Notes under the pieces: model-generated
Database searches by the model: none
What the model saw: the letters and a program-made list of their open reading frames with translations, nothing else
What the model was told of the DNA's origin: nothing
Program-made: the position numbers and the translations under genes
NCBI GenBank assembly: GCA_016201795.1
Contig: JACQCF010000020.1
Span: 5,651-69,650 of the forward strand
Length of the DNA: 64,000 nt
Direction: 5' to 3'
Source of the DNA: Candidatus Omnitrophota bacterium
Lineage (GTDB): Bacteria; Omnitrophota; Gorgyraeia; Zapsychrales; Fredricksoniimonadaceae
In this document: piece by piece, positions 1-12,800 of the stretch
Layout of the letters: each line of letters opens with the position of its first letter
Position numbering within the stretch: the first letter of the stretch is position 1

Positions 1-1
1 C

Positions 2-949
2 GACCACGCCGAGGTGAATGCGCTTAGAAAAATTGGCTCGAGGGCACAAGGAGCAACGCTTTATGTGACCTTGGAACCTTGTTCACATTGGGGCCGCACG
101 CCGCCATGCACAGAGGCTATCATCAAGGCCGGAGTCAAGAAAGTTGTCGTCGGTGTTTTGGATCCCAATCCCAGGATCCACGGAAAATCGGTTCACCTAT
201 TACGCAAGGCCGGCATTAAGGTAGAAGTTGGATTCTTGCAGGAAAAGCTATGGTCCATGAATGAGGTTTTCAATAAATATATTACCAAGCGCATGCCTTT
301 TGTGGTGGCCAAGTGTGCGCAAACCATCGACGGAAAGATTGCCACCGCCACCGGTCAATCCAAATGGATTACCTCGCCCAAATCCCGAGAGCATGCCCAT
401 CGCAAGCGCAATGAGTTTGATGCGATGATGGTGGGTATTAATACGGTGCTGCAGGATGATCCGCAATTGAATCCGACCAGAAAAAATAAGCGTCTTAAAA
501 AAATTGTGGTCGATTCTTCATTGAGAATACCTCTTAAGGCTCGATTGCTGCATACGACCAACCCTTCAGATGTGATCGTGGCAACCACCGCACGGGCCTC
601 AGAAAAAAAAATTCAGCAATTGACCAACAAAGGCGTTCAAGTTTGGGTAGCTCCGGCTAGAGGCGAGCACAGCCACGTTGATCTAAAATGGTTGTTTAAA
701 GAATTGGCCAAAAACGAAATGGCGTATGTGCTTATCGAGGGGGGCGGACGTTTGATTGGCCGCGCCTTAAAAGACAGGTTGGTTGATCGGATGATGATTT
801 ATGTGGCACCCAAAATCATCGGCGATCAAAATGCGCTCAGTGCGATGGCGGGATTAAATGTTCAAAACATCAACCAGGCTCTTGAGCTAAAAAATGTTAG
901 GGTACAAAAAATAGGGGATGATTTCTTAATCGAAGGCTATCTCACGTAG
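2..949 (+). CDS. ribD: Riboflavin biosynthesis bifunctional deaminase/reductase RibD (5' end outside window)
   Basis: Frame is open from base 2 and translates as DHAEVNAL... with the CMP/dCMP-deaminase H-A-E and PCxxC zinc motifs (TLEPCSHWGRTPPC). A reductase domain follows (ATGQSKWITS...). riboflavin synthase lies immediately downstream. Confidence 0.85.
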   Translation, partial: DHAEVNALRKIGSRAQGATLYVTLEPCSHWGRTPPCTEAIIKAGVKKVVVGVLDPNPRIHGKSVHLLRKAGIKVEVGFLQEKLWSMNEVFNKYITKRMPFVVAKCAQTIDGKIATATGQSKWITSPKSREHAHRKRNEFDAMMVGINTVLQDDPQLNPTRKNKRLKKIVVDSSLRIPLKARLLHTTNPSDVIVATTARASEKKIQQLTNKGVQVWVAPARGEHSHVDLKWLFKELAKNEMAYVLIEGGGRLIGRALKDRLVDRMMIYVAPKIIGDQNALSAMAGLNVQNINQALELKNVRVQKIGDDFLIEGYLT

Positions 950-994
950 TTCCTCCCCCTTAATGGGGGAGGTTAGGTGGGGTAGAGGGAATTT
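950..994. repeat. GC-rich palindromic intergenic element (CCTCCCCC-N5-GGGGGAGG hairpin plus GGGGTAGAGGGAAT tail)
   Basis: Perfect 8-bp stem 952-959/965-972 (loop ttaat). Related copies at 1881-1978 and 7902-7987. Confidence 0.6.
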
Positions 995-1579
995 ATGTTC
1001 ACAGGAATCGTTGAACAGTTAGGAACAGTTAAAGCCATTGAAGAGAAGCAGAATTTAATTGTTTTATGGCTGGATGCTGGTGCGTTAGCAAAACAAATCC
1101 GCTTAGGTGATAGTGTCGCCATCAACGGTGTTTGTTTAACCGCCAGCCGGAAAAAAGGACAACTCATTGCTTTTGATTTGATGAAAGAGACCATTGAAAA
1201 AATTTCGCTCAAAGGGATTCAGCTTGGCAGCGGCGTTAATTTGGAATTGGCCCTCAAAGCCAACAGCCGCTTTGGCGGCCATTTTATTACCGGCCATGTG
1301 GATGAGCTGGGGTCCATCAAGAATATTGAAAAGGCTAAAAATTGGGTGAGCATCACCATCGGTATTTCCAAACGCCATCGCAGATATATAGTGCCCAAAG
1401 GATCGGTCGCCATCGACGGAGTGAGTTTGACCGTCGGCAAGGTGGCCAAGAACAGTTTTAGCGTTTATTTGATTCCTTATTCTCTGAGAATCACGAATTT
1501 AGGTTCTAAAAAAATCGGTGACAGCGTTAATATTGAAACGGATATTTTAGCCAAATATGTTTTAGCCAATAGATCATGA
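995..1579 (+). CDS. ribE: Riboflavin synthase alpha subunit
   Basis: MFTGIVEQLGTVKAIEE N-terminus and the internal duplicated lumazine-binding repeat (GDSVAINGVCLT / GSVAIDGVSLTV). Confidence 0.85.
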   Translation: MFTGIVEQLGTVKAIEEKQNLIVLWLDAGALAKQIRLGDSVAINGVCLTASRKKGQLIAFDLMKETIEKISLKGIQLGSGVNLELALKANSRFGGHFITGHVDELGSIKNIEKAKNWVSITIGISKRHRRYIVPKGSVAIDGVSLTVGKVAKNSFSVYLIPYSLRITNLGSKKIGDSVNIETDILAKYVLANRS

Positions 1580-1872
1580 GTGACGCAACCTGCCATATTG
1601 GCGTTTTGTACCTTGAACTTTTTATTCCCCAGAGCCAATCGCTTAAAGACAAACGTCATGTGGTCAAAAGCCTCAAAGACAAAGCCCGCCAGAAGTTTAA
1701 CGTTTCCGCTGCGGAAATTGGGAGTTTAGATAAATGGCAAATGAGTATTTTTGCTTTTGCCATGGCCGGCAATGACAAGCGTCACATTGACCGAAGCCTG
1801 CAGGCGATCGTTGGATTCATTGAGTCCAATTATCCTGTCCATATTAGCAGTCAGAAAATGGAATTTGTTTGA
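1576..1872 (+). CDS. DUF503 (YlxP-like) protein
   Basis: 98 aa, GVLYLELFIPQSQSLKDKR motif typical of the DUF503 family. Start overlaps the ribE stop (ATGA). Confidence 0.6.
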   Translation: MSDATCHIGVLYLELFIPQSQSLKDKRHVVKSLKDKARQKFNVSAAEIGSLDKWQMSIFAFAMAGNDKRHIDRSLQAIVGFIESNYPVHISSQKMEFV

Positions 1873-1880
1873 TTGGAGTT

Positions 1881-1978
1881 TTCCTCCCCCTTTGTGGGGA
1901 GGATTAAGGAGGGGGAATAAAAGCGATGTTGCTTATTTATCACCCTCCCCTTACCCCTCCCATCGAGGGAGGGGAATA
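1881..1978. repeat. Two tandem GC-rich palindromic elements of the same family
   Basis: Hairpin 1 is CCTCCCCC 1883-1890 / GGGGAGG 1896-1902. Hairpin 2 is CCCCTCCC 1954-1961 / GGGAGGGG 1967-1974. Both carry the GGGGGAAT(A) flank motif. Confidence 0.6.
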
Positions 1979-2042
1979 TGTACCAAGGATTGACGGACAA
2001 TGAGGGCGATGTTAGAATATCGCCTTGTTATGTTAAGTGATA

Positions 2043-2116
2043 CGGGGCGTAGCGCAGTTGGCTAGCGCGCTTCGTTCGGGACGAAGAGGTCGACGGTTCA
2101 AATCCGTCCGCCCCGA
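2043..2116 (+). tRNA. tRNA-Pro (anticodon CGG)
   Basis: Cloverleaf: acceptor CGGGGCG/CGCCCCG, anticodon stem CTTCG/CGAAG with loop TTCGGGA (CGG), T-arm GACGG-TTCAAAT-CCGTC, discriminator A, no encoded CCA. Confidence 0.85.
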
Positions 2117-2154
2117 TTTTTGTACGGGTGGGGTAACCCCACCCCTATCTATAT

Positions 2155-4933
<2,779 letters not shown>

Positions 4934-4937
<4 letters not shown>

Positions 4938-5821
4938 AAGAACTGATTGGCGAATTTATCAATTACATGGCCATCGAGCGCGGGTTAGCTAAAAATACAC
5001 TGTTGGCTTACACCAGAGACCTTCAGAAATATACCGGCTATTTGTCAGAAAGAAAGATTCAAAACTCCGACGGTATAAGCCGGGATCATATCAGTGCCTT
5101 TATGATGGATTTAAAAAAGCACGGCATGTCCACGGCTTCTATTTGTCGGCACCTGGCGGCGGTAAAGATGTTTCATCGTTTTCTGGTGCGGGAAAATTTA
5201 GCCAAAGAAGACCCTACCACTCTGGTGGACACCCCTAAGCTTTTTAAGCGTGTGCCCGAGGTGCTCACTCAAAAAGAAGTGGAATCTATTTTGCAGGTGG
5301 CCCCAAAGGCCCGCTCGACGGGCAAACGTGACTATGTGATCCTGGAACTCTTTTATGCCTCAGGCATGCGGGTTTCGGAATTGGTGGATTTAAAGACCAC
5401 CAGTATCAATTTGGACGTCGGCTTTGTGCGTGCTTTAGGTAAAGGCAGCAAGGAAAGGATTATTCCCATCGGCAAAAAGGCCCGCGAGGCCCTGGGTTAT
5501 TATGGCGAAAAGATACGACCGAAATTGGCCAATGCTTCTTCAGGTGATATTTTATTTTTAAGCCGGTTGGGCAAAAAATTAAGCCGTCAGTCGGTGTGGA
5601 AGATGATTAAAGATCATGTACGTTTGGCGGGTATCAAGAAAAATATCAAACCGCACACCTTACGGCATACGTTTGCGACCCATCTTTTAGAGCACGGGGC
5701 GGATTTGCGCTCGGTTCAGGAAATGCTGGGCCACGCGGATATTTCCACGACGCAGATTTATACCCATGTCGACCGCGAACGCCTCAAAAGGGTGCATAAA
5801 CAATTCCATCCGCGCGGATAG
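4934..5821 (+). CDS. xerD: Tyrosine recombinase XerC/XerD family
   Basis: N-terminal SAM-like core-binding domain. C-terminal catalytic R...HxxR...Y signature (TLRHTFATHLL, GHADISTTQIYTHV). Confidence 0.85.
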
Positions 5822-5827
5822 ATTTTT

Positions 5828-6601
5828 ATGAGTGATTTATTATCCAGGTTAGATCGAAAATTATTGAAGATAGTCGCTGACAGCGGACGGTTAGCCGATC
5901 AGTTGGGCTTTCGTGCTTATTTAGTCGGCGGGCCGGTGAGGGATTTGCTGTTGCGGCGCTCCAACGCGGATTTGGATATTGTCGTCGAAGGCAGCGGAAT
6001 TCGTCTGGCGGAAAATTTTGCCGCCAAACACCGCGGGGCCAAGCTTGTACGTTATCCTGCCTTCAAAACAGCCACGGTTCATTTACCCGCGGGACGTCAG
6101 GTGGATTTTGCCACGGCGCGCAAGGAAACCTACGCCCGTGGCGGGGCTTTTCCCAAGGTTGAGTCTTCGGATATTGACGATGATCTTTTGCGGCGGGATT
6201 TCACGGTCAATGCCATGGCCATTGCCATCAATCCTGCGTCGTGGGGTCAGGTGGTTGATCCTTTCGGGGGCAGGAAGGATTTGCGTTCTAAGAAAATCCG
6301 TGTTCTGCATGAGAAAAGTTTTATCGATGACCCTACGCGGATTTTGCGGGCCGCACGTTTTAAGACTCGATTGGGCTTTATCATCGAAAGGGGAACGATG
6401 AAACTTTTAAAAGCGGCGGTGGCTGCCAAAGCCCTTGATACCATCAAACCGCAGAGGTATTTAAAAGAGTGCAATAAAATTCTTAAGGAAGAGAAGTCCC
6501 GGCTAGCCATTCAATGTCTTCAATCATGGAATGCTTGGAAGCCCCGCCTGAGCCCGCGGGGTAAAGGAGTTGCTTATGGTACGCATCGAAAAGATCAATG
6601 A
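5828..6601 (+). CDS. Poly(A) polymerase/CCA tRNA nucleotidyltransferase head-domain protein (short, 257 aa)
   Basis: GGPVRDLLL...DLDIVV...RRDFTVNAMA motifs of the class II nucleotidyltransferase head. Lacks the C-terminal body/tail of a full CCA enzyme. Confidence 0.65.
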   Translation: MSDLLSRLDRKLLKIVADSGRLADQLGFRAYLVGGPVRDLLLRRSNADLDIVVEGSGIRLAENFAAKHRGAKLVRYPAFKTATVHLPAGRQVDFATARKETYARGGAFPKVESSDIDDDLLRRDFTVNAMAIAINPASWGQVVDPFGGRKDLRSKKIRVLHEKSFIDDPTRILRAARFKTRLGFIIERGTMKLLKAAVAAKALDTIKPQRYLKECNKILKEEKSRLAIQCLQSWNAWKPRLSPRGKGVAYGTHRKDQ

Positions 6602-6929
6602 GTTAATCAAACGTGAAATCAGCCATATGATTCAATTCGGGGACATCAACGATCCCCGTGTCAGTCTCGTGACCATTATGGGGGTGGATGTCAGCAAAGA
6701 CCTCCATTATGCCAGAGTGAAGTTCAGTGTTTTAAGTGATGATCCGGCGGTGATTAAAAATGCCACCAACGGACTTAACAGTTGCCGCGGGTTTATCCGC
6801 AAACTCATCGGCGAGCGTGTGGTCATGCGCTACACACCGGAGCTTCAGTTTATTTTTGACAAAGGCATACAATATGCCGCCCGTATTGATGCGGCTTTGG
6901 AAGAAATTAAAAAGAATACCACGGGGTAA
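6576..6929 (+). CDS. rbfA: Ribosome-binding factor A
   Basis: MVRIEKINELIKREIS...VSKDLHYARVKFSVL typical RbfA KH-like domain. Start ambiguous (6570 or 6576). Confidence 0.8.
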   Translation: MVRIEKINELIKREISHMIQFGDINDPRVSLVTIMGVDVSKDLHYARVKFSVLSDDPAVIKNATNGLNSCRGFIRKLIGERVVMRYTPELQFIFDKGIQYAARIDAALEEIKKNTTG

Positions 6930-6938
6930 GGAAAGGCC

Positions 6939-7901
6939 ATGAGCTCTCCTAAATACATCTGGGCAGAAATCAAAAAACACCGCCGTTTTCTGGTCACCAC
7001 TCATTATAATCCTGATGCGGATGCGGCATCGTCGGCATTGGCGATGGCGATCGTGCTCAGGGCCATGGGTAAAAAAGCGGTGGTGGTTAATCAAGATGCC
7101 TTGCCCGCGTGGCTGAGGTTTTTGCCAAAGGCTCAAAATTTTCACAAAAAGACGGATTTGAAACAGCCTCTTTTTGATGCTCTGATTGTTTTAGACTGCG
7201 GAGATTTGGAACGCATCGGCGGGGTGCGTCAATGGCTTGGTGATGAGACTATTATTAACATCGACCATCACGTCACCAATAATTTTTTCGGTTCTGTTAA
7301 TTTAGTCTATCCCCGGGCGTCCTCCAGCTGTGAAATTCTTTTTGATTTGTTTAAAGCAGCCAGGGTCAAGTTGAATAAGGATCTGGCGGCATTATTGTAT
7401 GCCGGTATCATGACGGATACAGGCTCTTTTCGTTATGACAACACCAATGTCAAAACTCACCAGATTGCCGCTACACTTATGAAATTTCATCTATCCGCGC
7501 CGGATTTATATCAGCGTCTTTACGTTGGTATTCCCTCGGTGGATATGAAGGGTTTTGTGGATGTGATTCATAGTGCCAAGCTTTTTTTAAAGAACAAAGT
7601 TTATTGCGTCATGCTGCCTAAAAAAGTGATGGATAGTTTTTCCAAAAAGTTTGATCTTAAGGAGAAGATTTTCGGATTTTTGCGTTTGGTAGAAGGCATT
7701 GAGGTGGTGGTGATTTTGAGTGAATTAACCCCTCGCCAGACGCGGGTTAATTTACGCAGTCAAAACCATTTTGATGTGGCTAAGTTAGCCTCCCAATTTA
7801 ACGGCGGAGGCCATGCCAAGGCCTCCGGAGCCAAAATAGAAATTGGTTTAGAACAAGCCAAGAAAAGAATTTTGGCGGCCATCAGGAAAAGTTTATTATG
7901 A
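6939..7901 (+). CDS. nrnA: DHH-family oligoribonuclease/pAp phosphatase NrnA
   Basis: DHH motifs (TTHYNPDADAASS, IDHH) and DHHA1 GGGH motif near the C-terminus (FNGGGHAKASGA). Sits in the conserved rbfA-nrnA-truB-ribF context. Confidence 0.8.
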   Translation: MSSPKYIWAEIKKHRRFLVTTHYNPDADAASSALAMAIVLRAMGKKAVVVNQDALPAWLRFLPKAQNFHKKTDLKQPLFDALIVLDCGDLERIGGVRQWLGDETIINIDHHVTNNFFGSVNLVYPRASSSCEILFDLFKAARVKLNKDLAALLYAGIMTDTGSFRYDNTNVKTHQIAATLMKFHLSAPDLYQRLYVGIPSVDMKGFVDVIHSAKLFLKNKVYCVMLPKKVMDSFSKKFDLKEKIFGFLRLVEGIEVVVILSELTPRQTRVNLRSQNHFDVAKLASQFNGGGHAKASGAKIEIGLEQAKKRILAAIRKSLL

Positions 7902-7987
7902 TTCCCCTCCCTTGGTGGGAGGGGTCAGGGGAGGGGGAATTCCTTAAGGTCACCCCCACCCTAACCCTCCCCACAAGGGGGAGGGAA
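7902..7987. repeat. Two GC-rich palindromic elements of the CCCTCCCC/GGGGAGGG family
   Basis: Hairpin 1 is CCCCTCCC 7904-7911 / GGGAGGGG 7917-7924. Hairpin 2 is CCCTCCCC 7965-7972 / GGGGAGGG 7978-7985. Same GGGGGAATT / GAGGGAATAT flanks as the copies near 950 and 1881. Confidence 0.6.
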
Positions 7988-8007
7988 TATTATAGCGGGA
8001 AGAAGAT

Positions 8008-8673
8008 ATGAAAGAAGGAATTTTGATCATCAATAAACCAGGCGGCATTACCTCCCATGATGTGGTCTCTTTTGTCCGTCGTAAATTTAACATGCGCCGG
8101 GTTGGCCACGCGGGAACCCTGGATCCTTTAGCGACCGGCGTTCTTATCATCCTGCTGGGCCCATCGACGAAGTTGTTTGACCGTTTTGTGGCCTTTGATA
8201 AATCTTACCATGCCACTTTGCGGCTGGGGCTTAAAACCACCACCGCCGATATCATGGGTAAGACCATCGAACAAAAATCAGCCCAGGGCATTGATCAAAA
8301 AAAAGTGGAAGATGTTTTTAGAAAATTTATCGGTGAGATTGAGCAAGTGCCGCCCATGGTTTCCGCCCTCAAACATAAAGGCGAACGTTTATATAAAATC
8401 GCCTGGAGGGGCGAACAAGTCGAGCGCACTCCCCGCAAAGTGCGCATTGATGATCTGCATGTATTAAAATTTGCTTCTGGGCAGGTTGAATTTTTCATGT
8501 CCTGTTCCAAAGGAACTTATGTCCGTCAGCTGGCGGAGGATGTGGGTGAGGCTTTAGGCTGTGGGGCCTGTATTTCCCAAATTGAACGCACGCGCGTGGG
8601 GCAATTTGATATTAAAGACGCGGTCAGTTTAGAGAATCTCAATGAAAGTCATATACGGTCTTGGACCAATTAA
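8008..8673 (+). CDS. truB: tRNA pseudouridine-55 synthase
   Basis: GHAGTLDPLATGVL catalytic-Asp motif. N-terminal ILIINKPGGITSHDVV. Confidence 0.85.
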   Translation: MKEGILIINKPGGITSHDVVSFVRRKFNMRRVGHAGTLDPLATGVLIILLGPSTKLFDRFVAFDKSYHATLRLGLKTTTADIMGKTIEQKSAQGIDQKKVEDVFRKFIGEIEQVPPMVSALKHKGERLYKIAWRGEQVERTPRKVRIDDLHVLKFASGQVEFFMSCSKGTYVRQLAEDVGEALGCGACISQIERTRVGQFDIKDAVSLENLNESHIRSWTN

Positions 8674-9631
8674 TCCCCGCCAAAAATCGGCGGGATTAAC
8701 CCCGCTAGTCCCGCCAGGGCGGGACGTAGCGGTGGTTAAATTCAAAAAAACAGCGGCAGCGATTGGTATCTTCGACGGCGTTCATCGTGGCCATCAGCTG
8801 TTAATCAAGAGCATGGTCGCCCGGGCCAGGAAGCTCAAGGCCAGAGCCATGGTCATCACCTTTTTTCCTCATCCGGCCCACGTACTTCGTCCTGACGTAT
8901 TTTTGCCGTATCTGATGTCTCTGGAGCATCGTTTGCGGCTTTTTGAAGCGTTAGGGGTGGATGTGGTTTTAGTCATCCGTTTTAATAAACGTTTTGCCAA
9001 AATTGATCCGCATTATTTCATTGAAAAAATTTTGGTTGGACAGCTGGGGGTGAAGTCTATTTTTGTCGGCCAAGATTTTCGCTTCGGCAAAGACAGAAGC
9101 GGCGACATACGATTGTTCAAAAGGCTTTCTCAAACACTTGGCTATCGCATGCACGCGGTGAAGGCCTTAAAACAAGGCGGCCAGGTGATTAGCAGCAGCC
9201 GCTTGCGTCGCTTGATTCCGCAAGGGAAATTAAAGCAGGCCAAAGCATTGTTAGGTCGTCCGGTTTCTGTGTTAGGGCGTGTGGTGCGCGGGGCCTCAAG
9301 AGGTAAATCCTTAGGCTATCCGACGGCCAACGTGCATTATACCTGTAACGTTTTGCCGCCCTGCGGGGTTTATGCCGTGCGGGTGGTCTGGAAAAAGAAG
9401 CCTTTCTACGGTATGGCTAATTTAGGCCGAAGGCCTTCATTTAAGGAAAAAGGCGCTAAAGTGCATCTAGAAGTACACATTTTTGATTTTAACCGTACGC
9501 TCTACGGCCAGGAAATTTTGGTTGAATTCCTTCGCAAGATCCGCGATGAGAAATCTTTCGTTTCTAAAGAAGACCTTATCCGCCAGATTCAAAAAGACGA
9601 AAGGATTATTCGTGAATTACTGCATGTTTAG
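8642..9631 (+). CDS. ribF: Bifunctional riboflavin kinase/FMN adenylyltransferase
   Basis: IGIFDGVHRGHQ nucleotidyltransferase motif and C-terminal riboflavin kinase (GRVVRGASRGKSLGYPTANV). True start probably downstream of the truB stop, a GTG/ATG near 8720; not resolvable by eye. Confidence 0.8.
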   Translation: MKVIYGLGPINPRQKSAGLTPLVPPGRDVAVVKFKKTAAAIGIFDGVHRGHQLLIKSMVARARKLKARAMVITFFPHPAHVLRPDVFLPYLMSLEHRLRLFEALGVDVVLVIRFNKRFAKIDPHYFIEKILVGQLGVKSIFVGQDFRFGKDRSGDIRLFKRLSQTLGYRMHAVKALKQGGQVISSSRLRRLIPQGKLKQAKALLGRPVSVLGRVVRGASRGKSLGYPTANVHYTCNVLPPCGVYAVRVVWKKKPFYGMANLGRRPSFKEKGAKVHLEVHIFDFNRTLYGQEILVEFLRKIRDEKSFVSKEDLIRQIQKDERIIRELLHV

Positions 9632-9715
9632 TGTTTTTCGTGCACAATTCCAAATAAATTTTTATAAGAATTCATAACTATATTATTTCCAAATAGATAG
9701 GACTTTTCCATTCAC

Positions 9716-9743
9716 TTGACAAGTAAGCAGTATGTGGTATCTT
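9716..9743 (+). promoter_or_regulatory. Putative sigma70 promoter for the giant secreted protein gene
   Basis: TTGACA (9716-9721), 16-nt spacer, extended -10 TGgTATCTT (9735-9743). AT-rich upstream region contains two TTCCAAATA direct repeats (9648-9656, 9687-9695). Confidence 0.35.
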
Positions 9744-9807
9744 TTCTTATATGTCTTATAACCTGTCCCCAAAAAATCTAATGAACAAATCATGAGGGAG
9801 ATTAAGT

Positions 9808-12800
9808 ATGTTTTTTCATAACAGAATAGTTTGCCGCTTTAAACGTTGTATTTCTTCTCTAGCATTACTTTCCTTTCTTTTAGGCTCATGCGTTTTGCCT
9901 AACAGAGCTTCCGCGCAAATGTTCACTTATGGGAATCTTCCTGCCCCCGGCAGTATGCTCAACAGCAGCGCTCATTTTGTCCCGGTTATGATCAAGGGTT
10001 TGAAAATCTATGGGGATGATCCTTTAAAATTTGATTTTATCTTAGACAGCGGCAATGCTAAAGTTTCTGAAGCTGATTTTCAAAATGAGGGAATCAAACT
10101 GGCCAAATATTTCCTGGCCGGATTGACCGTTCCGGAAAAAGATCTGTGGGTCAACCTTTCTCCTTATGAAAAAGATCGCATTGTTCCTGAGTCCTTTGGT
10201 CAGACTCTTTTAGGCCGTGATTTGCTGGCTCAGGATTATATCCTCAAACAATTATCTTCTTCTTTAATTCATCCGAATAAAGATTTAGGGAAAACTTTTT
10301 GGAATCAAGTCTATACAAAAGCCAAACAACTCTATGGAACAACCAATATCCCGGTCAACACCTTTAATAAGGTATGGATTGTCCCGGATAAAGCCAATGT
10401 GTGGGAAAACAACGGCATGGCTTTTGTGACCTCCAGCCACCTGAAGGTGCTTTCTGAAGAGGATTACCTGTCTCTTTCTAAAAATATCGATAATCAAAAG
10501 TTTGGTATGAATCAAATCTCTCAGAATGATGTGAAGGCCATCAGTCGAGCCTCTGCGGATGTGGTGCGTCAATTGCTTTTGCCGGCCATTGAAAAAGAAG
10601 TCAATGAGGGAGAAAACTTCGCCAATTTACGCCAGATTTACAATGCCATGATTTTGGCGGTCTGGTATAAGCAGGCTTTAAAAGACAGTCTTTTGTCCAA
10701 GGTGTATGTGAATCAGAACAAAACCACCGGTGTAGATGATCAGGATAAGCAAAGCAAGCTCAAGATTTACCATCAGTACCTGGCGGCCTTCAAGAAAGGC
10801 GTGTTTAACTTTATCAAGGAAGAGCCAGACGAAAATAATACTGTAATACCCCGCAAGTATTTTTCCGGCGGGGCCGACTGGGCGATGATAGCGCAGGTTG
10901 AGCAAGTTGAGCGCGGACCTTTGACGGGTTTGTCTCCTACAGAGCAGGCGACAGTGGTAGGCAACGTTGGTCGGACAAGATTATTCACGTGGGGAGCCGG
11001 AGTTATCGGGGGCAAGCGGGTCGATGATGCGATGGTGGTCTCATCAGCTGAGGAGGCCGTTTATACACAACTTACTGAGACTCAAATTCCAGCGGTGTTT
11101 GGTGTGGATTTTGCACCGCATGGTTTCAAATCAGATCAATTTTGGGTCGCTGAGGTCGATCCTACCCAAGGAAAACTTATAAAACCATCTTCCATCAATC
11201 TTTTTAAGAATACTTCAACTTTGGTGGGAGTCAATGTGGCTATCTTGCAGGCTATAGCTGCAGCAGGCTATTCAGGGTTATTGGAACATATTCTTGGTAA
11301 GGTATCGAAAGATTTTGGTAAGGAAATTGATGCTGTAGCTGTTAAAGTCGGTAGGGAGTCGTTGGAAATATTGGCAAAAAAGTTGGATGTTGTCATTGTT
11401 GTAGGAGGTAATGAGGGGTCCTTTCGAGACGAGTCAAAAGATATGCCTCTTGGCTTGATTATGAATCCGACTGGTAAAAACGGAACGTTTATGTATTTTG
11501 GGGATTCAGTGGAAGTAACCAATGGGGTTAAACTTAAAATTGGAAAACCCGGAACTTATTCGATGGTGACTTTAGTACCTTTAATGATGCCTTCCACAGA
11601 TGGGTATCGCATTTCGTTGGCTGTTGACAAATTCAATCTCAACAAACCATTTCCTAAGATTGATCCGGTCATCACAAATGCCAATAGCTTACGTCATGTC
11701 CTAGAACAGTTGGCCGAATATATGGAGGCTGCAGATGCAGACGCTTTCATCAAACAAATGGTATCGCAATATATTGTTGTTACCCTTAATCGTCCTAAAC
11801 ATGATCAGCTAAAAGCTCAGGCCAAAGAGCTGGGGTTTTCCGTATTAGATCGGGAAGATGGAGATCCGCTTCTTTTTATTCGTGCCATGTTGGGAATTCC
11901 CGGTAAAGACGGTAAAAAATTACTGGCCATTTCAACTGGCGGTGCCAATGAACACATCATGTCTATGGTTTTTGCAGCATTGTATGGAAAAGCGTTGATG
12001 ACTACTACTTATGCTGCGACAAAAACATTGAAAGCGGTTGATAAAGAATATGCTCCAGGTGGTGCACAATCAGGACAAGGAAATTTGGAGAAAGCTAGAA
12101 ACTATTCTGCGGATGATCTGAAGAATTACAGTGACGTTAACACTGCCTTGGATAAAATAAGACATGCCGGATTCGATGTCCCGCAGGCTCCAGTTACTTC
12201 AGAGCAGTTAAAGGCGCAGCTCTTAACTCCGACTTCAGAAGAACTCAGTATGTTGAAAGAGGGCAAAATTCCTTCTTCGTTAGTTATTGCCTCTATTACA
12301 GGTTCTAATAAATTAGATTGGGGAGTATTACAGCCTTATATTCAGCCAGTGAGATGGGTGGAATCATCGGATGGTTCCGGTAAAGTGATTGTTAGTGGAT
12401 TTTTAATCAATAACGAAGGGAAAGTGAATTTCTTCAGAGCTAGCTTAAAAACAGATGACGTTATTAAATCACGTTATTCTATTGTAGCTCATAATGATCT
12501 TTTGCCTAATCCTTTAGTTGCTCAATATGAAAAAACACGAACAGCGTACATGACTATGCTGTATGCAGGCGAAATCGATGTGGATATTATTGGCAACCAT
12601 GTTAAAAATATCCACAGCCTTTTAAAGAATGAAGAGACTGCCCAAGACAGTTTGAAAACATTAGACGATGCTTTTGCTGCTGTACAAAGAGATATTAGGC
12701 TTGAAGCAGAAGTGGTACGTGCTGTTCGTGAAGTGGAGAGATATATTCTCGGTAACCCTAGTGTGCAAATGGAAGATGGGACCATGCATGCCGTGGTACA

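Noticed and set aside
5979-6401. 140-aa + strand ORF in an alternative frame inside the CCA/PAP-head gene
   Set aside because: Arg/Pro-rich low-complexity translation. The overlapping frame has clear nucleotidyltransferase motifs.
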